Below are positions 37,859 through 50,419 of a DNA stretch of 64,000 bases, piece by piece. The stretch lies in NCBI RefSeq assembly GCF_004010195.1, contig NC_057711.1, forward strand, positions 75,843,579 through 75,907,578. The letters are read 5' to 3'. The stretch's first letter is position 1; every line of letters begins with the position of its first letter. Position numbers and translations under genes: made by a program. Under the pieces are notes generated by a model. The model was given only the letters and a program-made list of their open reading frames with translations, was not told the DNA's origin and ran no database searches. The DNA is from Chiloscyllium plagiosum. Its lineage: Eukaryota.

Positions 37859-40699
37859 CATAAAAATCTCAGGTTCTACTGCATTTGTAGCATTTACATC
37901 GTGTTTTAATATCTGCGATGTGTAATTTGCTTTTGCTATTATTTTCATATCTCTACTCTGTTCCTGCTCTTTTGTGAGCAATACTTCAAAAAGTACTGCA
38001 CTGGCTATAAAGATCTTTGGGGTATCCAGAGGGTGTAAAGGGCTCTGTTTAAATGCAAGTACTTCTTCACATTTTAAGATTTAATCTCTACTCCCTTTAA
38101 AATCATAAACACTTAAAATTACCTTAAATTGTTTAGGGGAAGATCTTACATAACTTCTTCAGGAATTGTTTAAATTTATTTATCTTTGACTGCTTTCCCA
38201 TTATCATCCCTTTATGCTCAACTGCGAGAACAGATTCTGAATACCACTCTCCTTTCTTTACCGTGAACCTTATTCTGAACAATACTGTAACAGTTGAGCC
38301 ATTGAGCATCATGCAGAATCAGTGTTCCTTATCTCCAAGCAACAAAATGCCAAAATACGAATTTTAATCCTCAGTTGCGAAGAAGAGTCATGTTGACTTG
38401 AAATGTTGACTTTGTGTCTTTCTCCACAGATCTGGGAGTTTCTCCAGCACTTTCTACTATTGTTTCAGATCCCCAATATCTGCAATTCTTTGATTTTGTT
38501 TGCTAATTTATTCACTTTGACCAGATGTCTTGTACACAAAGCAGAGGGAACACAGGACCACTCACCCTCAACATCACAACAGAGTTAAACCTCTGAACAG
38601 TCACTTGAAGGAGACCAGAATTCAATCTCACTCAGTTTTAAATTAATTCACCAAGTGAGACATTATAAATGTATAGCTCCTAATTCAACAACCCATCAAA
38701 TTAGCAAATCTGACATCAGCACACAAGTCTCCTTTATTACAGAGGGCATGTAAATTAGAAGCTTGCCCATCACTATTAACTCACCAATTAATAAACTGCT
38801 GAGCCTGTCAGAGTCAACTGCAAGCATTTTCTCACTGCTCACGTCATTCATTGGTCATTAGACTGGAAAACATTTGGGAATGCTTTATACCCGGTAAATT
38901 GATGCAGCTCAAAGATGGAAGAAATGGCTTAGCACCAAAATCGCGGTTGTGTGTAACAGCAGAGTCTGCTGGAGGTGCCAACATCTGTGTATTTTAAAGT
39001 TCATTTCACCATTGTTTTGAACTACTATGAGAAATAAATCAACCCTAAGAAAGAAAAGAGGGATTGAAAGGCCTTTCTATAGGTGGATATGACCTACTTC
39101 CTGTTCATGATATAACCTCCCTCCCACATGACATCCTGTTTTCAAAGTCTTTTAACATCCCTTAATGTTTTCTTAGCTTGCCAAGAGCAAAACTTCCAAT
39201 TTTCTATCACCAAAAATATAGAAAACCAGTTGTATGTGAATAATGAAAAAAATTAGCATGAGATGTGTCTCAAAAATAATTTAATGTTCTTGTATCACCC
39301 AAGGATGAAAACCTAATCGTGTATTTCTCAAAGTGTAATCATTTTGATATTTTATTTAGCCTTGAAATATCTTTGACAGTAGCATACCTCATCATTGTAC
39401 TTGTCAAATACATCAAAATGAACATTTTGCCTTGTTTGACTACAGAGCTAATCAAGCTTCACAAATGTTTTATTTCTTTTGTAGCTGTGACATCCTCTTT
39501 CTGTCATCACCTGGTATGATTAACTGGGATAAGACTAACACTCCTTCAACAGAGGTGCTGCTTTAAAGTTGCTAAAAAAACACACATTTCATGAGGACTG
39601 GTTTAATGAAAGTTGGCTTTCTTCAACTCAAATGTTTTAGTGGTATCAAAATAAGCTTTAGTGGTATCAAAGTATTCAAGTAATTTTGTGATGCATGTTG
39701 ATGAACTTCTTTCAGATTTGAGAGATATATTACTAATGAGGTGAAAATCAAATTTATGATTGAATTCAGGCTTCTGGGGCTTTTAAATAGATTGACTTAG
39801 ACATTAAGTGGCATAAGTTATTCACAACTAACACCAGAGTGTAGATCACTCGTGGTCAGCACTCTTGCGCGGGGAACAAGAGTATATCCACGACAACCAT
39901 TCTAACATGTCAAATCGTGGGATATAGCTGTAGCTTACTAAAAATCCACCTACTTACCAAGGCAAATTGAATATACTCCCTCATAAATTTATTCCAATGT
40001 GGATTGTTCCATTCTTTTGCTGGCATACCTGTTCAGTAAATGCAACTAGTGCTTCAGATAGAACTTTATTTTTTCCTCCATTGAGGATTTTTTCTGCAAA
40101 GCTAGTGTCCGGGCTCTCAACCTTGCTTGTCTCATTACGTACACTTCTGCCCTCACCACTTCCCCATCTTAGAAACCTCCAGTTCTTGTTTTGAACTCCA
40201 CTCCACTAGTATTCCACATTGATTAGGTCAGCCGTTGCCATAGTTAATTAATATGCTAAGATGCCACTGAACACACGGTCCCTTCTCCTCCAGCACTGTG
40301 AAGAGCTCTCTCACTGTTTGTTAGGCTGGTTCACGCTGTAAACCCATCCTTACTGCCCACGCTAACTCCCACGAAATACAACGCCTGCCTTTCAACTCGC
40401 CCCTTCCTATCATCCAGAGCGTCAGAACCACATCCTTGAAGCTCAACAACGAGTTAATTTCGCGTCTTTCAGTTAATAGACTACATTGTTCTTCTCCTCA
40501 TACTCTGTGTTTTATAAGTTCGAGAACAATTCACTGTGGGAAAGGTGACTCCTCTCCAGGCAACTGGTGAGCGGCCTCGACAGCAGGAGCTCTACTACCC
40601 CAGCTCCCCCAACCCAAACTTTATAATACAAACATGGGAGCACTCAGCAGATCACGGAAAGGTTCAAAACAAAAAAAAAATCCGTTATTTTTTCGGGTC

Positions 40700-41104
40700 A
40701 CTGACTTTTCTTCAGCGGCGAACCATTTACCTGTTTCATCTAAATCTCCCATTGCGCCGGTGACGTCGACTCACACATTTTGGGAAGGGGGAGGGATGAG
40801 AATCCCGGGGACTGACGTCACTACGTACGACGGGGATCGTGGGATGCGTTTGGTGACATCATAACACACGACGTGAAAGGCGGGACCCGTCTCGTTACAT
40901 CAACAGCACGTAGCAAGGGTGGGGATTCCGCTCGTGACGTCGTTCCGCTCGGCGTAATGGGCGGGGCGTCTATGTCCGTACTTCCTGGTTCCACCCCGCG
41001 CTTGAGACTTCCTCAATCCGGTGTAGTATTTGAGGAGATCCTGTGGTAGGAGTGACCTTAGACTTTGTTTAAGTTGAAAAAGTTACACATTAATTGCCGC
41101 AATA
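40700..41104. promoter_or_regulatory. CpG-rich bidirectional promoter shared by NMRK1 and OSTF1
   Basis: Strongest CpG cluster in the window. Perfect CRE TGACGTCA at 40813-40820, near-CREs at 40771, 40854 and 40935, GC box GGGCGGGG near 40960, and Ets-like ACTTCC at about 40980 and 41007. No obvious TATA box. Confidence 0.85.
40731..40770 (-). other. NMRK1: Candidate NMRK1 first exon (5' boundary unknown)
   Basis: Minus-strand donor CAG|GTAAAT at the edge of the CpG-rich region. Its use is inferred, not shown. Confidence 0.5.
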
Positions 41105-41138
41105 ATGTCGAAACCGCCGCCTAAACCGGCCAAGCCAG
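41105..41138 (+). CDS. OSTF1: Osteoclast-stimulating factor 1, coding exon 1 (MSKPPPKPAKP-G)
   Basis: ataATG TCG AAA CCG CCG CCT AAA CCG GCC AAG CCA G|gtaagg. Matches the proline-rich OSTF1 N-terminus MSKPPPKPVKPG and lies next to the CpG-rich promoter. Confidence 0.95.
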
Positions 41139-44100
41139 GTAAGGTGTCGTTTTCCTACAGGTTTAAAGAACTTGAATGCCAAATTGATTGACTTGGGTCT
41201 TTTTTCCTCCCAGAGAAGTTGATGCCACATCTCCCCGGAGTACACTTCGTTATAGCTGTCATTATTATATCTCTGACTCGAATTTTCAACGCAGTCCAAT
41301 CCACTTTTCATCACTCGTGGTTTTCAATTACAATTCTCCATGTGCTTGATTCTTGCTTCGTTTAATCGTTTTCCAGTTAGACAATATTTTGGTACTTTGC
41401 TGCGCCATAAATGTGAAGGTTTTCGTTTGCGGGTAAGTTTCCTTTCCTTCCCCTCCTCTTGGTTTGAAAGCAGCTCCGTTCCATGGGTGGGGTGTAGGAG
41501 CAGCCGCCCTTGTGATTGACAATTTCGCAGCTCCATTCTGGCTAAAATGAATACTGTAAATATTTAATATCTTCCAGGTTATGTTTATTTGTGGTGTCAA
41601 GTTGTGACCTCGTGTTAATATAAAAACAGCCGTCTTCCAAGGTCTGGTGGTTAAATGGTTCTGTAACATATTTTTTCAAACGCCAGTTTGTCATTCTTTG
41701 TGCATGCACAACTCGCATTTGTGGGTTACCACTAACAATCATAATTGAGGTTTTTTTCCAAATATGACTTAAAGCATTAATTAAACTAAATTTTATGTTA
41801 TTTACTTGTGCTGTGAAGAAGCTTGTGCAACAACCAAAAGGGGTTTATTTACTTGGGAGATACAATTAGACTGATTGTCTGGTGCCAACAGGAAATTTAA
41901 CAATTCGATAATAGCAGAATTTTACTACCCAAACCAATTCTTGAAATATAAACAGTTTGTTTGCTTTAGGCCTGTATTAGCTGTTCAATATCCCTAGAGC
42001 CTCTCCATTAGACTGATCAAATGCATGCTTTATTTAATATCCTGGCAAACAAAACTGAGGAGTGAGTGAGGACTGCAGATGTTGGAGATCAGAGTTGAAG
42101 AGTGTGGTACTGGAAAAGCACACCTGGTCAGGCAGCCTGAGGTGCAGGACATTCAACATTTTGGGCATAGGCCTTTCATCAGGAGTGAGGCTTGAGCAAA
42201 AGTGTGACCCTGAGATGTAGTAGTATGATCTCTATTCATTGGGTACCTTGCATTTTATGTGAGCCCAAATTCAGTTCTTCTGATGGAGCATGCTGATAAG
42301 CTCTCCAATGAGTCATTGACACCCTTTTAGATGAATAAACAGGCTTATTGTATAAAATTAATTAACAATGCAATTTTCATAAAATTTGTTTTGTACTGTA
42401 GTATCGAAACTAATAGATTCAGCATACTTTGAAATGGATTCTCCTCACTTTACTATATATGCCATATATCATCTTGTTTTTACTACCAGATAGAACTACT
42501 GCTTAATTATATCTCACCACTGTCCCTCCAACCGGCATAGCTTGAGAGTAATAGCATTTAACTTCTGTTGCCTGTTTTGTCTAAGATTCATTCTAACAAT
42601 GAATGGAAGTCATTCTAAAATTACATGTCAATTTCTTCAAATATTCGCTATTAAAACAAACATTTGTCTTGAAATATATTCTTTTAACCATTCTTGAAGG
42701 GATGGAGTGAGCGGCAATGGGCCCCTGCATCCTTTGACTATGCAATTAAGTGGCATCTGACAAGTTTAAAGATTTTTGGACATGCAATGTAAATTACCAC
42801 ATTCGCTCTGAATAGTAATATATGCAGTTCATTAACTTTCTCACTAGCTTTACTTGTGAGAAAACTAAAAATAGTTGACGATTGATATTTCTTTTAAATC
42901 CACAACCCAGTGCCAGTCCCTCTGTTTGCTCATAGTAATGGCAATTCATTCCTAACATACAACCAAAGCCTGTATTTGGATATTGCCTTTACTTTAGTGA
43001 AACATCCCGAGACACATAATAGGATTGTTTATTGAACAGACTCTGAAACTGAGCCACAGAAGCTAATGCAAGGACAGTTGACCAACAGCTTGCCCAAAGA
43101 GTTTTGAAGCAGAAAGGAAAGGTGGCAGATGAGAGGAAGAAATTCTAACACTTGGGGCTGGATTAATTGAAGATATGGCCACCAGTGATGGAATAATTTC
43201 AAACAAAAGTACCAAACAGAATTGCATGAGTGCAGATAACTTGGAATCTTGAGAATTAAAGGAAGCCATAGAGAGAACATTTCCCATCTTTTTTTTTAAA
43301 ATGGACAATATCAATTGGATGGTAGTGGAATGGGAAGATAAGAAATGTTCTGTCTGAAATAAAACATATGGCAGAGTGTTTCGCTGTGGTGATCCTTGTG
43401 GAGAAGGTGATCTGCTTCAGTAACTTAATTAGCAGCTGGCCACCTAGACAATGTAAACCTTCAATATTCATGTTTCAGTAAGTTGATCTGTTCTGAGCGA
43501 GACATTATGGACTACATCTAAGCTGTTATTCCCGCCAGGGAGAGTCAATGATGCAGAGCTTCAAGTTGATGTGTCTTTGGGCAAAATATGAAAGCTCTGT
43601 TTTCGAGAAGAGCACATCCAAAGTAGCTTTCCTCTTCTGAAAAAAAGGCTGTTTTCTTTGAGGACCAGGGATTTTCATTGTAACTATTAATTAAAAACAG
43701 TCTTTTAGATACTGGAACTAAGGAAATGTCTGTTTTTCAATAGCTATGAATTTTTAAGTATTACTCAGGTGAAAGGCTAGTGGGTGGTTGTCAAACTGTC
43801 AAAACAACCAAGTATTTGACCTTGTGCTATTCATGTTACGTGTTAAATCAATGGCACAAAAGCATGTACATCAGCAATGATCAGGGATGGAAATAATGCT
43901 TTTGATAAGATGTGTGGCTTTTTAAACTTGCAAGTGTAAAATAATTAACTTTGCATATGATGAACTATAGCCTTACATGAATAGAACTAATTTAATAAAA
44001 TGTCTAAGGCGCATCACAGGAGGGTTGCAAAATGTAATGTGCACTGGGCCATAAGATTAGGTCTGGTGACCAAAAGCTTGGTCAGGCATGAATTGAGCCA

Positions 44101-45449
44101 ATTGGGAATGTATTGGAATATTCCTGTGTAGAAGTAACAACAAAGCTATGAATGAGAGTTTAGTACCAGATGAGCTGAGACATTGGGGTAAGTGGGTGAT
44201 GTAGAGATGAATTAGTGGTCCTAGTGACTGTGTTTATATGTTGGAAGCTCAACATTACAAACTGGACACCAAACTAAAGGGGACTAAGGGTTCAAGGAGC
44301 AAATTTGCATTTGGAATGATATGCAGCATTTGTTGCTAGTTTAAGAATGGCAAACTGTAAAACGTTAACAGTAGGTACATGAAGGTAATGAAACTTGCCA
44401 TTCAAGAGACCTAGGATGTTAATTCAATTTTTGTACAACCTGCCTAAGCATTGTAAAGCTTAACCGGTTGGATTTTTGAGAATAGGATCTTGGTATGGGT
44501 GCTTAAGGATTTGCAATATGTTCCTAGTGAAAGGCGTGTATGTTTAAGGAGTTGGATGGACTGCTAATCTAATCGTTTGCTTTGTGTGACCTCACTTCCA
44601 CTTAGGCACCTGAATTCATGTTAAAACCAATATCCTCTTTTGCTCTGATCATTGCCCTGGTATAGGTCTTCTCTCTCTAACTCAAGGGGAGGAGATTTGA
44701 ACAGCTATGGTGAACAACTAATTTAGCTATTTACCACAATATCTGATTGATTAAACCAATGGTTCCCAACTTGTTCAGTATCAAGGCACACTTCAAAGAA
44801 ATGAATAATTCCATGACACCCACTTTTTTTTCAGCTGAATTGATTGTTTATCAATGTCAGCATTTACTTGCATTTGCTTTGGTTACAGTCTTACTAGAGA
44901 CTGCATACTGCGATTTATCCATTCCTTCTTAGACTCTGTTCTAAGACTCGCAACAGTGGCTTAACTATAAGAGTTCCATAAATAATCACCCTTAAAATCC
45001 ATGCTAACGTAGGAACATATCCAGGCAGGTCAGTTCAGTTGTCATTCAATAATGTGTGTCTCTTCACTTTGCGTGTGCAGTTCTTTCTCATCTCAAGAAT
45101 ACAATACTCTATCATACCACATGCTGAGACTGGATATTAGGTCCTGCACATGTGCAAACAGACTGGAAAACAAATGAATTTCCAATTTTGTATGCATATA
45201 TAGTGTTGAATCTTTAGTCTGCCCTAACGTTTATCATCATGATCATGAGCTCAACAGCCTGTTTCCGCTTTTCCTCAATCCTTTGATACCTTTAGCATCC
45301 AGTGCTATATCCAACCCATCCTCAATCATACCATGTTTTGGCCTCTACTGTTTTGTTGGTGAATTCTGAAATCTCTTCACTAAGTGAAGATATGTCACCA
45401 CATCCTGAGACTTTGACCTCTACTTCTGGACTCCCTGTTATTAGGAATG

Positions 45450-46233
45450 ACGCATGGAGTTCAATTTAGATAAATGTGAGATGCTGCATTTCGGAAAGGC
45501 AAATCTGGGCAGGACTCATCTACCTTGATGGTAAGGTCCGCGAGTCTGTTGCCGAACAAAGACACTTTGATAGGTTTAGTTACTTCGTAGATGGGATAGT
45601 GAAGAAGGTGTTCAGTATGCTTGCCTTTTCTTTTTTTTGGGTCATTGCATTGAGTGTAGGAGTTGGGAGGGCATATTGAGGCTGTGCAGGACATTGGTTA
45701 GGCCACTTTTCGAATATTGTGTGCAATCCTGGTCTCTGCTGTAGGAAGGATGTTGTGAAACTTGAAAACCTTCATAAAAGATTGACAAGGATGTTGTCAG
45801 GGTTGGAGGATTTGAGCTATAGGGAGAGGCTGAATAGGCTGGGGCTGTTTTTCCCTGAATCATCAGAAGCTGAGCAGTGACCTTTATAGAGGTTTATAAA
45901 ATCATGAGGGGCATGGATAGGATGAATCCCCCTGGGTTGGGGAGTCCAGAACTAGAGGGCATTGGTTTCAGGTGATGGAGAAAGATTTTAAAAGGGATGA
46001 AAGGGGCAAGTTTTTCATGCAGAGGGTGGTGCATGTATGGAATGAGCTGCTAGAGGAAGTGGTGGAGGCTGGTACAATTCGAACATTTAAAAGGCATCTG
46101 TATCAATTTCTGAATAGGAAGGGTTCAGAGGGATATGGGCCAAATGCTGGCAAACGGGACTCAATTAGGTTAAAATGTCTAGTTGGCATGGACGAGTTTG
46201 TTTCCGTTCTGTATTTCTCTGACTCCGACTCTA
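45450..46233 (+). mobile_element. CR1 LINE 3' end
   Basis: FFMQRVVHVWNELLEEVVEAG and ctgactccgactct tail. Confidence 0.9.
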
Positions 46234-49200
46234 AATGCAAGAAATTAATTTATACCTTTTACAATATCATCTTAGAATGCTGTAACAATTTTCATACTTT
46301 GCTGAAATCCTGCTATAACATATCTTCCATCATTTGATCTTTCCACTGTCCTTACTTTGTCTGATATCCAGTCCTGGAGAGTAAAAACATTCTTAACAAG
46401 ACATTGAGAGGGCCAAAGCTGATATCTTCTGTTCCTTGATCAATTTCATTCCTTGACCCCACACCACTGAGGTTCAGTCAAATGTTTGTCAAACAAACTT
46501 GGCATATTTCATCCCAACATAAGCTTCCACCTGATAGCCTCTCTTCACTAAGACCATCAATTTCCATTTCTCTAATGGTGGCCAACTACCCCACTATACA
46601 TTCGCTCATCTGAAACCTTCATGCATGTTTTTGTTAGCATAGTCAAGTCTCCATTAACTTCAGATCATCCAAAATGAAGTCTTTGGATTGGATCATTCAG
46701 AAGTTCCACGCTGTTGGTATTGTTATTGAAATGAGAATACTCCAATTGGTGGAGTAATGACAAATCAAAGAAATAGTGAAATGAATAATGGCTTTATGAT
46801 GAAGGAAACCATTTTTATTTCATCCGTGTTGTTACGGTAGTGGTATATGCTCTTCTGCATTGCTTTTATCAATGTGATTCAGATTGGGGTTTTACCAAGT
46901 GAGTCAGGCTGAAAGAGGGAAATATCTCAGGTTGTGAAGGTGATACTTAGTTGATTATGTTATTGCTGAACTGAATCAACTCATGGTGAATGTGTCTGAA
47001 TATTGATTCATGTACCAGACTGGTAGGAGAGATGATCTAGGATACTTGAACATGGCACAGGCCTCTTTCTCACTAATGCTAGTGTAACGTGTGTGTTAGT
47101 TTATTCCTTCTGGTTTCCTGGAAGTATGTATGAAATGCAGACTACACAGGTTCAGTCACTGAACCCGGTTGTGGGATGTGTCGTACAATTGATCCCAATC
47201 CATAACACTTTGACAGTATGGGTTGCTGCCTAGTAATGGTGTTTAAAATTTAGAAGATCTCATCTGCCCTTGTCCTTGGGAAATTTATGCTTCTTAGAAA
47301 TATTTTAAGACATTTATTTGCTCAGAACAGATGGTGTCGTTTTGGAAGAACATTTTTAAATTATTCTAGCCTATGCATGAAGCAGGGAGGATCCAGACAA
47401 AACATGTGAAACTCAAATTCTTTTGGGCCTTTTGAGTAACTTATGTTGCTAGCATGCAAAAATGTTAATTTGAAATGATAATTTCCAATTCATAAGTGGA
47501 TGTTCTCCAAACAGTGGTGCATGTTATCGGTATCAGCTTAGCTCTGAATTGGCTTTACTGTATGGATGTGGCAACTAAGTTGTGTTGCCCTCAATGTTTG
47601 TCAATTTTTAACATTTTAACCGTATGAAATATGCCAAAGGTTTAAATCTAAGTATTAATCAATAAATGTTCTTGTATAGGTACAACGTATCAAATCTGTT
47701 TACCTTGAAAAGCAATCTCCTTTTTTTTCCTGTTTAATTTACCATCATCACTCGACTTTGCTTCCACAGTGCCGTCTTTAGTTAAACTGACTAGGAAGTG
47801 TCTTTGAGCTGGTCTCACTCCTGTATGAGCCAGGCTTTGGGCGAAGGAACACTGGAGCTGAAGTAGCTCCAAAGAATGTGCTGGCTTGTGTCTCAGCATT
47901 GTTATTGTTTTCAAAATTGCCTTTTGCAGATTTCAAATAAGGAAAAGAATGCCCTCAACACGCTCTGTGAAGACAGCCTGAAATGCCAGATCAAAAATCT
48001 GGCAAGACCTGAAATATGGCACTGACTTGTCCTGAGATTGGCAGTTTTGCACTTGATAAGTCCACTCAGCACAAAGTTAGGTCTCCTTTTTGTTATTTCA
48101 AATTGATTCCAATTTCCTCTTGGGTGAGGAAAAACTATTGTTGTGGCAGATAAAGCAAAATTGACTTCTGTTCCAATGTTGTCACTAACACGAAATGGAT
48201 CTTTGCTGCCAGCACAATTAGCTTTTGCTCGCTGTCTCACCAGTATCTATTTTTGTGCATGAGTATTGATTCTCATACTAATAGTGATTCAGTAGTTTTA
48301 AGATGAGGCAAGGTTTACAGGAAAACTACATTTGCATGGATGCAAAAGTTTGAAGAGTGGTAAGCAGGCTTTTTCCTTTTTTAAATGTGAAATTGTTTAG
48401 GCATCTACTGAAATTGGGAAGTTCTCTCATGGTAAGAAAAGAATCTTATCTCCTTTAGAAGTGTCATAATTGAATGAGTGCCAGGATGCTATGGTGGCAA
48501 GGTTCTGTGGTATCCATTTTTTTCTTTTGCTGATAAAACAGCATGAATAGGATAGTTTTGTCACAACATGGAGCTCTTAAATTTGAGACCATTTTGCAAA
48601 TGATTTCCTCTGTGGTTCCCTTTCACGGTTGAGGGAAGTTTGTGTATGCTGACTTGCATCTGCAAATGTTGACTTCAGTAGATTTTAAGCAACTTAAGTG
48701 AGTATCTCATTTTGTATCAATGTCAGTGAATTCTGCTGAGGTGGACCCCAGACACGATCCATTACCTTCACCCGAGCAATAACGCATTAAAGGTCTTGGT
48801 CTTCATCTGTCACACTTTTTATGGCATTGCTGTACTGTGACTGCAAATTTCTTCAACCCTCAAGTAGTGTATTTAAAGACTCCTCTCTTCTGTGCACTAC
48901 CATTGTCAACCATTGATAGTAACCTTGAGCTGCTTTTTGTTATGCTCTTTTGAAGTTTTTTTCTTTTAAATCTCTACTTTTTTCTTCATGCCATTTTAAT
49001 CACTTTCAAACATACTTTCAGGAAATCGGAGGGAGTAAACCCAACACACTAGTTACACTAACATTCGTGAGAAAGCAGCCTATGCCATGTTCAAATATCC
49101 TAGATCATCTCTCCTCCCAGTCTGGTACATGAATCAATATTCAAACACATTCACCACGAGCTGAATCTATTCAGCCATAACACCATCAACTGAATAAGCA

Positions 49201-50419
49201 TCTTTTTCTGTCTAGTGTCCGTTTTTATTACACGTTTTATGAAGTGGTTTGGGCCATTGCTCATGTGGATGGGACTTTAAGCACATTTTTTGTATTGGTA
49301 AACCTACCCACAAATCATAAGATCAGCAACTGTTTTCCCTGAAAATACATCACATGAAATCACTGAGCTGCTAACTTTGTTTCCTCGTTCATTGCACTCT
49401 TAAATGGTCATTAGGAACAAATCATTCTCAATCACTTAATCCTCTGAATATAACAATGTATCCAAAGAACAGAATTCTAAATGAATCTGTATTTGTTTAT
49501 AATTTCTGGAAGTAAAATGTCCCATTTAACTTTCATCGTTTTTGACATTTGGTTTATCACACTGCAGAGCTTCTGTCCAAATGTCAGTGGCCATTCAAGT
49601 GCAACAATCAATTTCCGAGAAATGTTTGAAAGTTTCTTATGATTTGTATGAACACCAATACTACAACTGAACGTGCTTCAGGTCACTAATTGGCTGTCAG
49701 GTCCTTTAGCTTTAGTTCTGAGCTTATGAAAGATGATACCTAACATATAGAAGGTCTTTTTTTTTTAATGTGTACCTCTGGTGCCTTCCCTAAGTAGCTT
49801 CTGTCCTGGCAATGCGTTGAATATTGGCAAACTGTTTGAATTTGAAAGTGCTGCAATTGTGTAGCTTTAGGTTGAGAAGTATTGCCTTAGCTTTTCATGA
49901 TTCAAAAAGAAATCAAACATTTGGCACACCATAGAATGGTATCAATTAACTTGTATTGGGGAAAATGTTCTGGCTAGGGAGGATGGGAAGGAAAATTCTA
50001 CGTTCAGCTTTATATTCTGTGACCAATATGAAGGCGTGTTAGGCACAGGCTATTAAATACAGCTGCAGGTATTCATTGTCTCTTTGCAGTGACTACATGA
50101 ATATATTTCAATCTGATTATTGCTTTCTTTAAATCTGTATTTAACTACAATTCTGACATTCAAATGATTTATAAATACTGAGGATTTCAAGCTTTTTTGA
50201 GCCAAATTATATCATAACCTTTTTTTGCAGTGGAAGTTGATGTTTGTTATTTCCAAATTTGAAGAAAATTTATTTTCATATTTGCACAAAAATAAATTTC
50301 CACTTTCTCTTGACATGAAACTGGTTTAGTTGTGATTTTCGTCCCACTGTTTTCCTTTTCTCTTTATCACTCATTCTCAAACAATTCTCAAACTCTCATT
50401 GTTCTATGTGATTATCAGT

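Noticed and set aside
41139..41160. GT...AG micro-intron after OSTF1 exon 1
   Set aside because: 22 nt is too short for spliceosomal removal, and exon 1 joins 62517 correctly.
47690..48240. Two adjacent minus-strand ORFs (74 and 109 aa) as a nested gene
   Set aside because: No recognisable domain and no supporting splice structure. The lengths are compatible with chance.
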